Below are positions 42,017-51,612 of a stretch of 64,000 nucleotides of DNA, in pieces. The DNA is from Blastocatellia bacterium (GTDB lineage: Bacteria > Acidobacteriota > Blastocatellia > UBA7656): NCBI GenBank assembly GCA_963765495.1, contig CAVXWP010000009.1:672001-736000 (forward strand), in the 5' to 3' direction. A program made the position numbers and the translations under genes. How positions within the stretch are numbered: the stretch's first letter is position 1; each line of letters starts with the position of its first letter. The notes below the pieces were generated by a model, which was not told where the DNA came from, did not search any database, and saw only the letters and a list, made by a program, of their open reading frames with translations.

Positions 42017-43978
42017 TCAACTGGAACTGAACGGGCTGTAATCGCTGTCTTCCCACCTGCGCTTCTCGAAGCTCAAGTGTCGGATAGCCACTAGCAGCGG
42101 GATGATCGAAAGCGCAAGCAGCGTGAGAAACAGGTGCAGCAGGCGGGGCACGCCCTGCTCTATCCTGACAGAAAGCGAAGCCGGTTGCTGCCATCTTTCC
42201 CACGATACTTCGAGCCTCAAGGTGTATTTGCCTTCGGGCAATGCCGAAATATGCTCTTCGGGCTTTTGCGATCCCTCGCTCCACGATTCGCCGTCGTCTA
42301 CGCCGTGATAGTATTCGACCGGGACTGCGAAAGACTGAACCAGCCCCGTCTCTTCGTTGACGAAATCGCCCTCGACATAAAGCCAGGTGTTGTCGACGGG
42401 CGCGCGGGCCATGACCTTGATATTCTGCCCGCCCTTGAGGTCGAACGGGTCGCTAAACATCACCTGCGGCGTATCGGCATTTGTCATCGGCTCAAGCGCG
42501 TAATTCTGCTCGAAGACTTGCCTGTGCGCGCCCGTAGCGATTATGCCTATCCCGAGCACAAAGGCGATAGCGCACAGCAATAACCAGTATTTGTAAATCG
42601 CCTTGTGAGGGAAAGGCTGATTTGGCGCGACCTTGGTCGGGCGCGGCAGCCCCGTTATGCCAAAGGTCTTTTCGACCTCCGAAGGTTTCAAATAAGAGCC
42701 AAGCGACCAGTTTATCTCTCCCGACTGCGCGGACGCGAATTTCTTTCGAGCGCTTTTCGCCTGACCTCTGTCTATAAGCGAAATCTCTCTTGAAAGCATC
42801 AATGGAGGGTGAATATAATCGGCGGCCGTGACCCTCTCGCCCGCCGTGACCTTCCAGTAAAACTCTCCCTGAACGTGTTCGACTCGCGCATTAGCGTTCT
42901 GATAGAGCTTAAAAGTTTTCCCGCGAAATTGAACCGTCTTGCCTTTGTCTATGATCTCGCCGGGCGGGACCGACTGAACGAAGTTCCAGTTGTCGTCGCT
43001 GCGCACGAGCCAGCGAAAACCGAGACGCGGATCGTAAAGCAGGTACTCTTCCCAGTAATAGCGCACGCCTTCAAACTCGACGCTGCGCTGCATGAAGCCG
43101 ATCACCATCAACTTGCCGCCTTCGAATTCGCCTACCGCGCCGAGCGGTATCACGGGTTTTACTTTCCCGGGCTTGAGCGCCTGGAGAAATTGCAGGCGGC
43201 CCTGATTTACATCCAGAAGCGAGCCGCAATTCGGGCAGGTCACACGCTCGGTCACATCGGGCGCTCTGAGCGAGAGCGGTCCTCCGCAATTCGGGCAGGA
43301 GAGTTGAAGCGCCGAGACCCTGCGAGCCTCGCGCTCGGGCGCAAGCGCGGTTTTCGGAATCCCGAGATCGTCTAAAGTAACCTCGCGGCCTATAAAGACG
43401 AGCGGTGTCTCTTCGCTGAAATCTATAGTGGCAAACTCGCCGCGTGGTCCTGAGAGGTCGGCGTATTGATACTGCGAGTCGGGAACCAGACGGTAAGGAA
43501 TCTCTCCTTTTGCGCCGAGCGCGCGAGCTACGCCTTTTTCCGTGACCACGAGCGGAACCTGAGAAGGCATAGCCGGAACCGGCTGTCCAAGCTCAAGAAA
43601 ATCAAAGGGTGGGAACAGCCTCTGTTCAGACAGCTTTATCTGAAAAGTCAGATAAAAGCGGCCCTGCGCTTCCGCGAGCCAGCCCCATCTGCCGTCTGCA
43701 AAGGCGGCGTACCACTCATCCCAGAAGCCCCCGGCTTCGTGGCCGAGTTGCGCACGCCCGGTCAATTCAAACGGGACGCCGTGATAGACGCCTCTCAAGC
43801 CTACGTTGAGCGGCGAGCCCGATTCGACCACTTCGGCTACCTTGCCGAGGTCTTCGAGCCTGCGGTCCCCGCGCGCCACGACCGACTGACAGAAATCGCA
43901 GATCACGACTATCGAAGAGCCTGACTTGAAAGTAATCGGACCGCCGCAGGAGGGACAGGAGGCTTCAATAGAACTCAT
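42017..43978 (-). CDS. DUF4178 protein: two (Zn-ribbon + DUF4178) units, TM, periplasmic domain, TM
   Basis: CPSCGG..CDFC and CPNCGG..CPNC; WDEWY/WEEYL and GEIPY/GEFYW motifs; ATGA overlap with speD. Confidence 0.88.
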   Translation of the reverse strand: MSSIEASCPSCGGPITFKSGSSIVVICDFCQSVVARGDRRLEDLGKVAEVVESGSPLNVGLRGVYHGVPFELTGRAQLGHEAGGFWDEWYAAFADGRWGWLAEAQGRFYLTFQIKLSEQRLFPPFDFLELGQPVPAMPSQVPLVVTEKGVARALGAKGEIPYRLVPDSQYQYADLSGPRGEFATIDFSEETPLVFIGREVTLDDLGIPKTALAPEREARRVSALQLSCPNCGGPLSLRAPDVTERVTCPNCGSLLDVNQGRLQFLQALKPGKVKPVIPLGAVGEFEGGKLMVIGFMQRSVEFEGVRYYWEEYLLYDPRLGFRWLVRSDDNWNFVQSVPPGEIIDKGKTVQFRGKTFKLYQNANARVEHVQGEFYWKVTAGERVTAADYIHPPLMLSREISLIDRGQAKSARKKFASAQSGEINWSLGSYLKPSEVEKTFGITGLPRPTKVAPNQPFPHKAIYKYWLLLCAIAFVLGIGIIATGAHRQVFEQNYALEPMTNADTPQVMFSDPFDLKGGQNIKVMARAPVDNTWLYVEGDFVNEETGLVQSFAVPVEYYHGVDDGESWSEGSQKPEEHISALPEGKYTLRLEVSWERWQQPASLSVRIEQGVPRLLHLFLTLLALSIIPLLVAIRHLSFEKRRWEDSDYSPFSSS

Positions 43979-44361
43979 CGCTCTCCTTTCTCTCGCGCCG
44001 TTGCCGCGAGTTCCACATCCGACCCGCGCGCGCAAAATCGCACCGTTACATAGAGAGCGCCGAGCATCTCTTTCAAACGATCCTCCCAGGGCCAGTCGGG
44101 GCGCGGCCTGCAACAATAGAGGTTGAAGGTAGCCATACCCGTTTCAGGATAAGTGTGGCAGGCAAGATGAGATTCGGTCAGCAGAAACAGCCCCGTCACT
44201 CCGCCGGGCGGCGGGAATTTATGCCAGACACCTTCGCCGATCACCTGTAGATCGAGTTCCGCGATTATACGTCGGCACACGCGGCGAACCGCATCGAGAT
44301 CGCCGAGAAGCGCCTCAGAGCATCCTGCCGCATCAACTGACCATTCGATTCCAACAATCAT
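43975..44361 (-). CDS. speD: S-adenosylmethionine decarboxylase proenzyme
   Basis: GGVTGLFLLTESHLACHTYPE (pyruvoyl E-S site), NLYCC. Confidence 0.9.
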   Translation of the reverse strand: MIVGIEWSVDAAGCSEALLGDLDAVRRVCRRIIAELDLQVIGEGVWHKFPPPGGVTGLFLLTESHLACHTYPETGMATFNLYCCRPRPDWPWEDRLKEMLGALYVTVRFCARGSDVELAATAREKGER

Positions 44362-44597
44362 GGGAAATGCTTACCAAAGAAATCCTATTAGAAATTCGTT
44401 GCCACTGTTAGACGCCGCCCGGACGTACAGCCCAACTTCTTTCTGACTGATCCCCTCAATCCTTATGTCGATACTGAGCGGGCCGTAATCACTCTGTTAT
44501 TCGGGAAGTGAGCTTATCATGCCGGGCGCAAATGACAAAAGCGATGAGGTAAAGCTAGTATTTGAGTAGAAAATTCTTTTGCTCGCGCGCGAATTCA

Positions 44598-45347
44598 CTA
44601 CCTTACCAATCTATGCGATGGATGACCTATGTGGATGTGCGCGCCGGTGGCCGAGCCCGCGACCGCCTGACGAAAGGCAATGAAGGGGATTCCGACACTG
44701 CGGAGATAGGCCATCAAAGCCTGCCCCTCGGCGCTGTCGGGATGTACGGCTACGTCAACGTTGTTGTGATGATCAAACCCCAGCCGGTCGTGTGTAGCCG
44801 ACTGGCCGAATGCGCTTATGGGAAGCGAACGACCAAACCTGCTTGTAAAGAAATTCTGCACCTTCGCTATCTCGGTAATAACCCACGGGGCTCCGCCGTT
44901 GTACCGGATGATGGCATTCGTAGCCCGATAAGCCCCCTTGGGTATTTCCGGCAGCTTCACTTCGGCGCTCGCCTCGGCTATTAGGTCGTCGGTTTCTGTG
45001 AGTTTCTGTTTAGTGTCGTCTACCTTCTGTTGCGCGGCTGATAGAGCTTGCTCGCTCTCTTCAAGCTCGCGCCGCGATATGATGCTCTGCTCAAGCAGGG
45101 CTTTTCGCTTCTCGACCGTTTCAGCCTTATCTTTTCTTTCGTCCTCAAGTAATGTCAGCAGTTTTTCGAGGCTTTCTTTATATTCTTTAGCCGCGTTTAC
45201 AAGATTGTTCCTCGATTCCTTAAGATCATTTATCGTTGGAGGCTTCGATTTGGCTTTCGGCTTTTTTGTCTGCGCTCCGACCGATAAGCCCGCCGCCGCA
45301 AGCGCGAGGAAGAGAATTATTCTTATGAAATACTTGCCGCTCATCAT
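44598..45347 (-). CDS. Secreted coiled-coil protein with C-terminal putative Zn-peptidase domain
   Basis: Signal peptide, coiled coil, HNNVD (HxxxD) and AHIHI (HxH). Confidence 0.65.
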   Translation of the reverse strand: MMSGKYFIRIILFLALAAAGLSVGAQTKKPKAKSKPPTINDLKESRNNLVNAAKEYKESLEKLLTLLEDERKDKAETVEKRKALLEQSIISRRELEESEQALSAAQQKVDDTKQKLTETDDLIAEASAEVKLPEIPKGAYRATNAIIRYNGGAPWVITEIAKVQNFFTSRFGRSLPISAFGQSATHDRLGFDHHNNVDVAVHPDSAEGQALMAYLRSVGIPFIAFRQAVAGSATGAHIHIGHPSHRLVR

Positions 45348-45382
45348 TGATATTCTACTATAAAATCCTGCTATTTTTCGCT

Positions 45383-45643
45383 CTATTTTGTTAGATTGCC
45401 GTCGCGGGCGGTCGCGTTGCCGCCCTTTAATTTCTTCCCGTCATACCGCTCACAGATTCGCCATCGCTGGACCATGACTACTTGCCCGTCGGGCTTGAGC
45501 CTCACGCTTACCTCATCGCGCCTGGCCGGTCTTCCGCCTTCGCCGCGCGAGACTACATCTACCACCTCGCCGTAGCGAACTGCGCCCGAAAAAGTCCTGA
45601 AACCTACAATGTCGCCCGCTCGCACTGTTCTAATCATCAGCAT
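45383..45643 (-). CDS. Small hypothetical protein (SH3/KOW-like beta pattern)
   Basis: VRAGDIVGF..GEVVDV..VSVRL; fills the gap between co-oriented genes; start uncertain. Confidence 0.45.
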   Translation of the reverse strand: MLMIRTVRAGDIVGFRTFSGAVRYGEVVDVVSRGEGGRPARRDEVSVRLKPDGQVVMVQRWRICERYDGKKLKGGNATARDGNLTK

Positions 45644-45748
45644 ACTCGCTCGCGCAATCACATTGTACTACCAAATCAAGGATTATTCTCAGCCGGGCGA
45701 CAGGCGGGCGGGAAGGATAAGAATGGTTGGGAACCGAGGGTCCATTTT

Positions 45749-45830
45749 TTAGACAGGATTAACAGGATTTTTGTAGGATTCAACAAAAACCTCTTTTAAT
45801 CTTTTTGAATCCTGTCAATCCTGTCTAAAT
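45749..45830. repeat. REP-like palindrome with ACAGGATT 9-mer units (degenerate relative at 8371-8443)
   Basis: TTAGACAGGATTAACAGGATT...AATCCTGTCAATCCTGTCTAA. Confidence 0.7.
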
Positions 45831-45832
45831 GT

Positions 45833-46750
45833 TTATTCGGGTTTGGGCGAAGGCGGGGGAGCGGGATTGGCTACATCAATCACCACTTTCCACGATCCGC
45901 CTTCCTGCTTTTTCCAAATCCTCACATAGGTGCTGTACTCAGAAGGCTTCTGTTGCGCGCCGCTCTCATAATACTCCGCAACGCCGTATGTATAGCCCAT
46001 ATCGCCTGATCGGGCGACATCGGCAAAGGCGGGGTGCCAGACCAGTTTGCCCGGCCTGGCCGATAGAGTTTGTTGAATCTGCCGACCGTCCTTGACGGGA
46101 AAGTTGTCAGGGCGAAAGAGTATTGCATCAGAAGTCATATATGAACCGTAGGCCCTGGCTGCGCCCGTGGCCCCGGAGGCTTTTGAGAACTCGCGGTCGG
46201 TATTCAACAAGGCTGACTTCTCAGCCTCTACGTCTACTTTTCGCGCAGGCTTTTGGGCAGATTTCGCGGCCATTTTCGGGAGTTCCAAAACGGGAGTCGT
46301 GGTAGGTTGAGGGTTGTCGATACCCGTATCAATTACAAACTTCCACTCGCCGTCAGCCTGCCGTTTCCAGACCGTGACGTAATTGCCAAAGGCTACCGCC
46401 TTTTCATCCTCGGCCTTTTCTCTGTACTCCCACGGACCCGTAGTGTAGCCAAGATCGCCCGCCCTCGATATTTCAGCCTTGACCGGCTCCCAGGTCAGCT
46501 TACCGGGGTTAGGGGGGCGTTCGCCGTACCATTTCCTGCCGTTTACCGCGTAAGGGCGAAAGACTATGGCATCCTCAGCCAGGTTTGCAAGAAAAGCATC
46601 GCGGATTCCACTGGCCACAGACCGGGCGGCGAACTGGCGCTCCGCGTCCACCAGAGAGTGGAGGTCGCTATCAGTATTCATCTTCTGAGCGATTGCGCTC
46701 GCGGCAAAAATAAGCAAAGTTGCCGATAACAGAATCTGTTTCTTCATCAT
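45833..46750 (-). CDS. Secreted tandem NTF2/DUF4440 domain protein
   Basis: Two repeats with LxWxP...SxxGDLGYT...YVxVWKKQxxGxWK. Confidence 0.85.
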   Translation of the reverse strand: MMKKQILLSATLLIFAASAIAQKMNTDSDLHSLVDAERQFAARSVASGIRDAFLANLAEDAIVFRPYAVNGRKWYGERPPNPGKLTWEPVKAEISRAGDLGYTTGPWEYREKAEDEKAVAFGNYVTVWKRQADGEWKFVIDTGIDNPQPTTTPVLELPKMAAKSAQKPARKVDVEAEKSALLNTDREFSKASGATGAARAYGSYMTSDAILFRPDNFPVKDGRQIQQTLSARPGKLVWHPAFADVARSGDMGYTYGVAEYYESGAQQKPSEYSTYVRIWKKQEGGSWKVVIDVANPAPPPSPKPE

Positions 46751-46778
46751 TACTCCTTCTTACTTACAGAGCTATGTT

Positions 46779-48104
46779 TCAAAGTTTAGTCTTTAAGATG
46801 ACCGGCTCTTGAAGCTTCTCAACGGCCAGATTGCCTTTGCCGTCAATCGCGTCCCACTGGCTGTTTGCGATGTAATAAAACTCATTCTTTACGACCACGC
46901 CAAGCGTAAGCTCATCAAACAGGGGGTTATTCGCCTCGATGATTTCCAGCTTCTCAATGCGAGTTTGATCGCCGTTCAAAAGGACGCGGGCTATGCGTTG
47001 AGGGCTTATGCCGTTTTGAACCACTACGAGGCTGCCGCTTGAAAAATAGAGTCCGTCTATGCCAAGGGCGCACACGTTTTCGGGGCCGGGAATGAGCGAA
47101 AGTTTCTTGCTCGGCAAATCGATCTTCCAGATGCCCTTTGAGTAATCGGCTATGAACAACTGCTTGCCGTCTGCCGAGAAATCGAGTCCCTGTAGCGATT
47201 CAAACTCGCTCGATTCGAGGAACGGCTCAAGCTCGTCCTTCTGACGACGAATAACGTAGACGGCGGGTGTACCGCTATCGGTGACGAAAACATCTCCGTC
47301 TGTGCTCACGACAAGATCGCCGAAAACATGATTTTTCGATCTGTCGGCAAGCACATATTTTTTCAGCAGTTTCCCGGTCTTCAGGTCATATTTAAAGACG
47401 CCGGTCTGGTTCTTATCCTCTTCTCTGAACCCCGACATCTGAGGCAGAGCGGCCGTGCATACCCACAGAGCGCGCTGATGCGGGTCCACCTTCATCCCAA
47501 GCACGCTCCATAACCCATCCGAAACGGCGGAGAAATCCTTTGCCTCGCCTGACCTGTTTACATTGATTATCTTTCGTCGGTGAACGCTGCTGATGTAAAA
47601 CGTACTTGTGGCGGGATCATATGCGAGCCCTTCGGTGATCAGCCCCTTCTCAGAAATTCTAAACGCCGCCGCGCTGTGATTTATCGGGGCCTTGTTGAGA
47701 TCAAATTTTTTGAGTATCGCCTCAAACTCATCCGTGCCCTTGATCGAATCAAGATCGGTGTCGCCGGATGCGGGATAGACAAGTCCCATACTGGCTACTC
47801 TATCCAGCCACTCGATTGATTCCCTCTTGTTTCCGGCAAGAGCGTAGGCGCAGGCAAGATTGTACATCAGCCTCGGAGAAGACGGTCTCAGGCTCTGAGC
47901 CATCTTGAGGTTATCGAGGAACGCGGGATAATCCTTTGCCTCATAAGCGCGAGTCGCCTGCTGATAATAATACTTCAGGTCTTTCGGCGCATTTTCCTGT
48001 GCGGAAGAACTGACCTGAGCAGAAAGCAATGCCGCGCACAGAGCCAATTGAAAGGCCCCGGCTCGGACCCGTGCAACGTAGCGTTTAAGATTTGTCCAGA
48101 TCAT
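46779..48104 (-). CDS. Secreted TPR + SMP-30/gluconolactonase-like beta-propeller protein
   Basis: MYNLACAYAL TPR; EGLAYDP, FVTDS, GIDGL blades. Confidence 0.75.
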   Translation of the reverse strand: MIWTNLKRYVARVRAGAFQLALCAALLSAQVSSSAQENAPKDLKYYYQQATRAYEAKDYPAFLDNLKMAQSLRPSSPRLMYNLACAYALAGNKRESIEWLDRVASMGLVYPASGDTDLDSIKGTDEFEAILKKFDLNKAPINHSAAAFRISEKGLITEGLAYDPATSTFYISSVHRRKIINVNRSGEAKDFSAVSDGLWSVLGMKVDPHQRALWVCTAALPQMSGFREEDKNQTGVFKYDLKTGKLLKKYVLADRSKNHVFGDLVVSTDGDVFVTDSGTPAVYVIRRQKDELEPFLESSEFESLQGLDFSADGKQLFIADYSKGIWKIDLPSKKLSLIPGPENVCALGIDGLYFSSGSLVVVQNGISPQRIARVLLNGDQTRIEKLEIIEANNPLFDELTLGVVVKNEFYYIANSQWDAIDGKGNLAVEKLQEPVILKTKL

Positions 48105-48263
48105 AAAATTGCCTCGAATAAGAGAAGATAAATGAAGCGGCGGGAAAGGACTACGGGGCAAAGGTAAGTTTAACAAACCGGGGACAGTTTTCACACTTTT
48201 TTACAATGTAGCGAGTCTTTATGATCTGATCCGCTAGTATCCATACGACAGGATATATCTTTA

Positions 48264-48980
48264 TCACCTGTACAAAAGGCTCGTATCGCCTTTTTCTTCT
48301 TTAACAAGCTTGCCATCGAGCATATGAATCAATCGGTCTGCCATGTGAACAAAGCGCGGGTCGTGAGTCACCATGCAGATCGTAGCGCCGTCGCCGTGTA
48401 ATTCGCGCAGCATCTTCATTATGGTTTCGCCGTTTGCGGAATCGAGATTTCCGGTAGGCTCGTCGGCAAGCAGTATTCGCGGGCGACCCACAAGCGCGCG
48501 GGCAACCGCTACGCGCTGCTGCTGCCCGCCCGATAGCTGGCTGGGCCGTCGCCGCGCCTGATCCATCATTCCCACCCTTTCAAGTGCTTCGGTGACGGCG
48601 CGCTTGCGCTCAGAGGATTTCATCTTCTGGTAGGCAAGCGGCTGCTCTACGTTTTCAAAGATAGTCATATCACCTATCAGATTGAAGCTCTGGAATACGA
48701 AACCGATCTCGTGATTGCGAATGCGGGCGCGGTCTGAAGCGCTCAAGTTATGGACCGGTTTGCCGTCAAAACAATAGACGCCCTCCGTAGGCGAGTCCAT
48801 CAATCCCAGGATCGAAAGCAGAGTGGATTTGCCGCAGCCCGAAGGCCCGATGATCGAGACATATTCTCCGATATTGATCTCAAGGTCAATGCCTGTCAGG
48901 ACGGGAGATTCCACCTGTCCGTTGCGAAAAACTCTCGTAACATCTTCCATGAAAATCAGCGGCGACCAGGACTTGCTCAT
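48264..48980 (-). CDS. ABC transporter ATP-binding protein (MacB/LolD type)
   Basis: [27 protein letters not shown]. Confidence 0.95.
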   Translation of the reverse strand: MSKSWSPLIFMEDVTRVFRNGQVESPVLTGIDLEINIGEYVSIIGPSGCGKSTLLSILGLMDSPTEGVYCFDGKPVHNLSASDRARIRNHEIGFVFQSFNLIGDMTIFENVEQPLAYQKMKSSERKRAVTEALERVGMMDQARRRPSQLSGGQQQRVAVARALVGRPRILLADEPTGNLDSANGETIMKMLRELHGDGATICMVTHDPRFVHMADRLIHMLDGKLVKEEKGDTSLLYR

Positions 48981-49045
48981 ATTATCTCCTTACCAGTTTC
49001 TGACTAAATCGTAACGCTATGAATCGGGCAGAGGCAACAGGCCAT

Positions 49046-49138
49046 GCGTGATTCGTGATTCGTGATTCGTGACCTTATAAACAAAGCTCTTTTTACAGGG
49101 AATGCCAGGTCTCACGAATCACGAATCACGAATCACGC
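49046..49138. repeat. Inverted heptamer tandem arrays (CGTGATT)n / (AATCACG)n
   Basis: 27-bp perfect arms at 49046-49072 and 49112-49138. Confidence 0.9.
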
Positions 49139-50224
49139 CCTCAAATCATCAAGCGCGGAAGCCAGTCTTTCAAGCCCCGTGGCAAGCAACCCTGAGTCGC
49201 CTCCAAGACCTATGCGAAAATGATCGGCCATCTCAAAGAACTTTCCGGGCACGACCGTAGCGTCATACTTTTCGCGCAGCAAGGCGCACAACTCATCAAC
49301 GTTTCCCCGAATCAGTTTCGGGAAAGAGGTGGTTCCAAACTCGGTCCTTAGCGCCTGCAAATCATCACGCGAATCGAGAAACTGGTCGAGCAGGGCGCGG
49401 TTCTTTTCGAGTCGCTTGCGGGCGGACGCGGCGATCTCCTCGAGATTATCGAGAGCTATGCAGCTTAACCGCTCGGCCGCGTGCGCGGGGATCACGCCAT
49501 ACAGATCGTTCAATCGCCACATCCTCGCGGCAAGCGTGGGCGCGGCCAGCACCCAGCCACATCGCAGCCCGCTCAAGCCGTAGGCTTTCGTCAAACTGCT
49601 GGTTACGATAAACTCACCGCCCAGATGAACGGACGAAGGCGGCGCTTTATCAAACATCGCTTCCAGATATACTTCATCAACCAGCACTCTCGCGCCCACC
49701 CGCCGCGCTATCTCTCCAACGCGGCTCAGAGTGTCGTTTTCAACCAGCGCGCTGCTCGGATTATGGAGGTTGGTTATGATAACGAGCCGCGTGCGCGAGG
49801 TGATTTTGCGTTCTATCTCGTCCGCATCAATGCGAAAGTCGTCTTCCAGTCTTCTTGAAAACCTTTTGATGTTTGCGCCCAGATAAAGAGCCGCACTCAC
49901 AAGCAGTTCGTATGTAGGATGTTCGATCAGAACCTCATCGCCCGGTTCGAGGACGGCAGCCATCGCCAGATGATTTGCCATCGAAGTGCCTGTGGCAGCG
50001 ACTACGGTGTCAAGGTCAACGCCGCTTTTTGCCGCAAGCCTCTGCTGAAGCGGCTCGTACCCGTACAGGCTTGGGCCGCTCAACTCAAGGTCTTCGAGCG
50101 CGACCGGGAAGTTTGAAATCGAATAGTTGTCTATGCCGCTCGTCGCCAGATTGTACGTCGCGCGCGAGCGGGTCTTTGCCCAGTACATGTAATCGGATGT
50201 GATTTTTCGTCTAGCTTCGCTCAT
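49133..50224 (-). CDS. PLP-dependent aminotransferase class I/II
   Basis: NLHNPS, LVDEVY, SSLTKAYGLSGLRCGW. Confidence 0.93.
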   Translation of the reverse strand: MSEARRKITSDYMYWAKTRSRATYNLATSGIDNYSISNFPVALEDLELSGPSLYGYEPLQQRLAAKSGVDLDTVVAATGTSMANHLAMAAVLEPGDEVLIEHPTYELLVSAALYLGANIKRFSRRLEDDFRIDADEIERKITSRTRLVIITNLHNPSSALVENDTLSRVGEIARRVGARVLVDEVYLEAMFDKAPPSSVHLGGEFIVTSSLTKAYGLSGLRCGWVLAAPTLAARMWRLNDLYGVIPAHAAERLSCIALDNLEEIAASARKRLEKNRALLDQFLDSRDDLQALRTEFGTTSFPKLIRGNVDELCALLREKYDATVVPGKFFEMADHFRIGLGGDSGLLATGLERLASALDDLRA

Positions 50225-51612
50225 CCCTTGCGCCTCCACCAGCGCCAGAAAAAGTAGACCGGGATTCCGGCTATCATTATCGCAAGGCCGATGCTGCTGT
50301 TTTCAGGAAATCTGTAAATTGTGTTTATCACCACAAGCCAGCAGGCGGCCACAAAAAAGAGCGTCGTGAACGGATGGCCCGGTATACGGTAGCTCGCCTC
50401 TTCGCTTTTGCCGTTTGCCCGGTCGCGGCGACGGAAGACAAAAATGCAGGTGGCCGTGAGACCAAAAAAGATAAAATCCACCGACACGACATAATTAAGT
50501 ATCTGATCGTACCGGCCTGAAAGCGCGATCACTATGGCGAGCGCCCCCTGCAAGGCAATCGCTATGACAGGCACAAGCGTACGTGGATCGAGCCACGCCA
50601 CGCTTTTGAAAAACAGCCGGTCCTCGGCCATTGCGAAATAGACGCGAGGCGCTGTGAGCATGCCCTGACTCAGAAATCCGAGAGTCGAAACGGCAATGCC
50701 TACGGCAATCAATCGTGCACCCCTTTCGCCTAAAACGAGTCTCATCACTTCGGATGCAGGCGTGGTAGTTGCGGCAAGCCTTTCGACTCCAAGCGCGTTC
50801 AGACAGGCGAAGTTTACTCCAAGATAGAGCAGCACGACGCCGAGCACGCCTATCAACAATCCGCGAGGCAGATTCTTGCGAGGTTCGCGCATCTCGCCCG
50901 CTATGAAATTGGCCGTCTGCCACCCGCCGTAAGCAAACAGCACCGGAATCATTGCCGCGCCCATCGCCGTCACTAAATCAAACGAGGTTTGAGCCGACTC
51001 GGTCGTCTGAGAACTCGATACCGTTTGACCGCCGCCTGTGGCCATCAGCCCATAGCCGATCAGCGCAGCGATGGCCGCTATCTTCATGACCATCAGCGCG
51101 TTCTGCACGGAACTGCCCGCGCGCACGCCCAGACAGTTGATTATGGTAAGCACGCCTAAAGCTATCGAGGCCACAAGCCAGTCGGGCGCAGCCGCGCCCG
51201 TAAGATCGACAAAGTATTTCGCAAAAGTCACGGCTACGGCGGCCATGCCCCCGGTCTGAGTGACAAGCAACAGCGCCCAGCCGTAAATAAAGGCCACCGA
51301 CGGATGATAGGCTTCGCGGATGTAGGCATATTGCCCGCCCACTTCGGGTCGCCGCGCTGCAAGTTCGGCGTAGATGAAAGCGCCCGCAAGCGCGATCAAC
51401 CCGCCAAGCGCCCACGCGCTCAGAATCAACACCGGAGTGTGAACCCGACGAGCGACTACGGAGGGGTTTATGAATATCCCCGCGCCTATTATCCCGCCCA
51501 TCACGATCATCGTGGCATCGAAAAGGCCCAGCTTGCGGGCCAGTTTCGGGGCCGTTTCCGCGCCAATCGCTTCATTAGTTCTCGTTGCTTGATTGCTTTT
51601 GCCGGTTTTCAT
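50221..51612 (-). CDS. APC-family amino acid permease
   Basis: IIGAGIF, YAELAA..GGQY, FAYGGW; about 12 TM. Confidence 0.93.
   Translation of the reverse strand: MKTGKSNQATRTNEAIGAETAPKLARKLGLFDATMIVMGGIIGAGIFINPSVVARRVHTPVLILSAWALGGLIALAGAFIYAELAARRPEVGGQYAYIREAYHPSVAFIYGWALLLVTQTGGMAAVAVTFAKYFVDLTGAAAPDWLVASIALGVLTIINCLGVRAGSSVQNALMVMKIAAIAALIGYGLMATGGGQTVSSSQTTESAQTSFDLVTAMGAAMIPVLFAYGGWQTANFIAGEMREPRKNLPRGLLIGVLGVVLLYLGVNFACLNALGVERLAATTTPASEVMRLVLGERGARLIAVGIAVSTLGFLSQGMLTAPRVYFAMAEDRLFFKSVAWLDPRTLVPVIAIALQGALAIVIALSGRYDQILNYVVSVDFIFFGLTATCIFVFRRRDRANGKSEEASYRIPGHPFTTLFFVAACWLVVINTIYRFPENSSIGLAIMIAGIPVYFFWRWWRRKG

Noticed and set aside
44362-44597. SAM or polyamine riboswitch upstream of speD
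   Set aside because: No recognisable consensus by eye; an Infernal/Rfam scan would be needed
49046-49138. Possible CRISPR array in the short repeats
   Set aside because: 7-nt tandem units with no spacers and no cas genes
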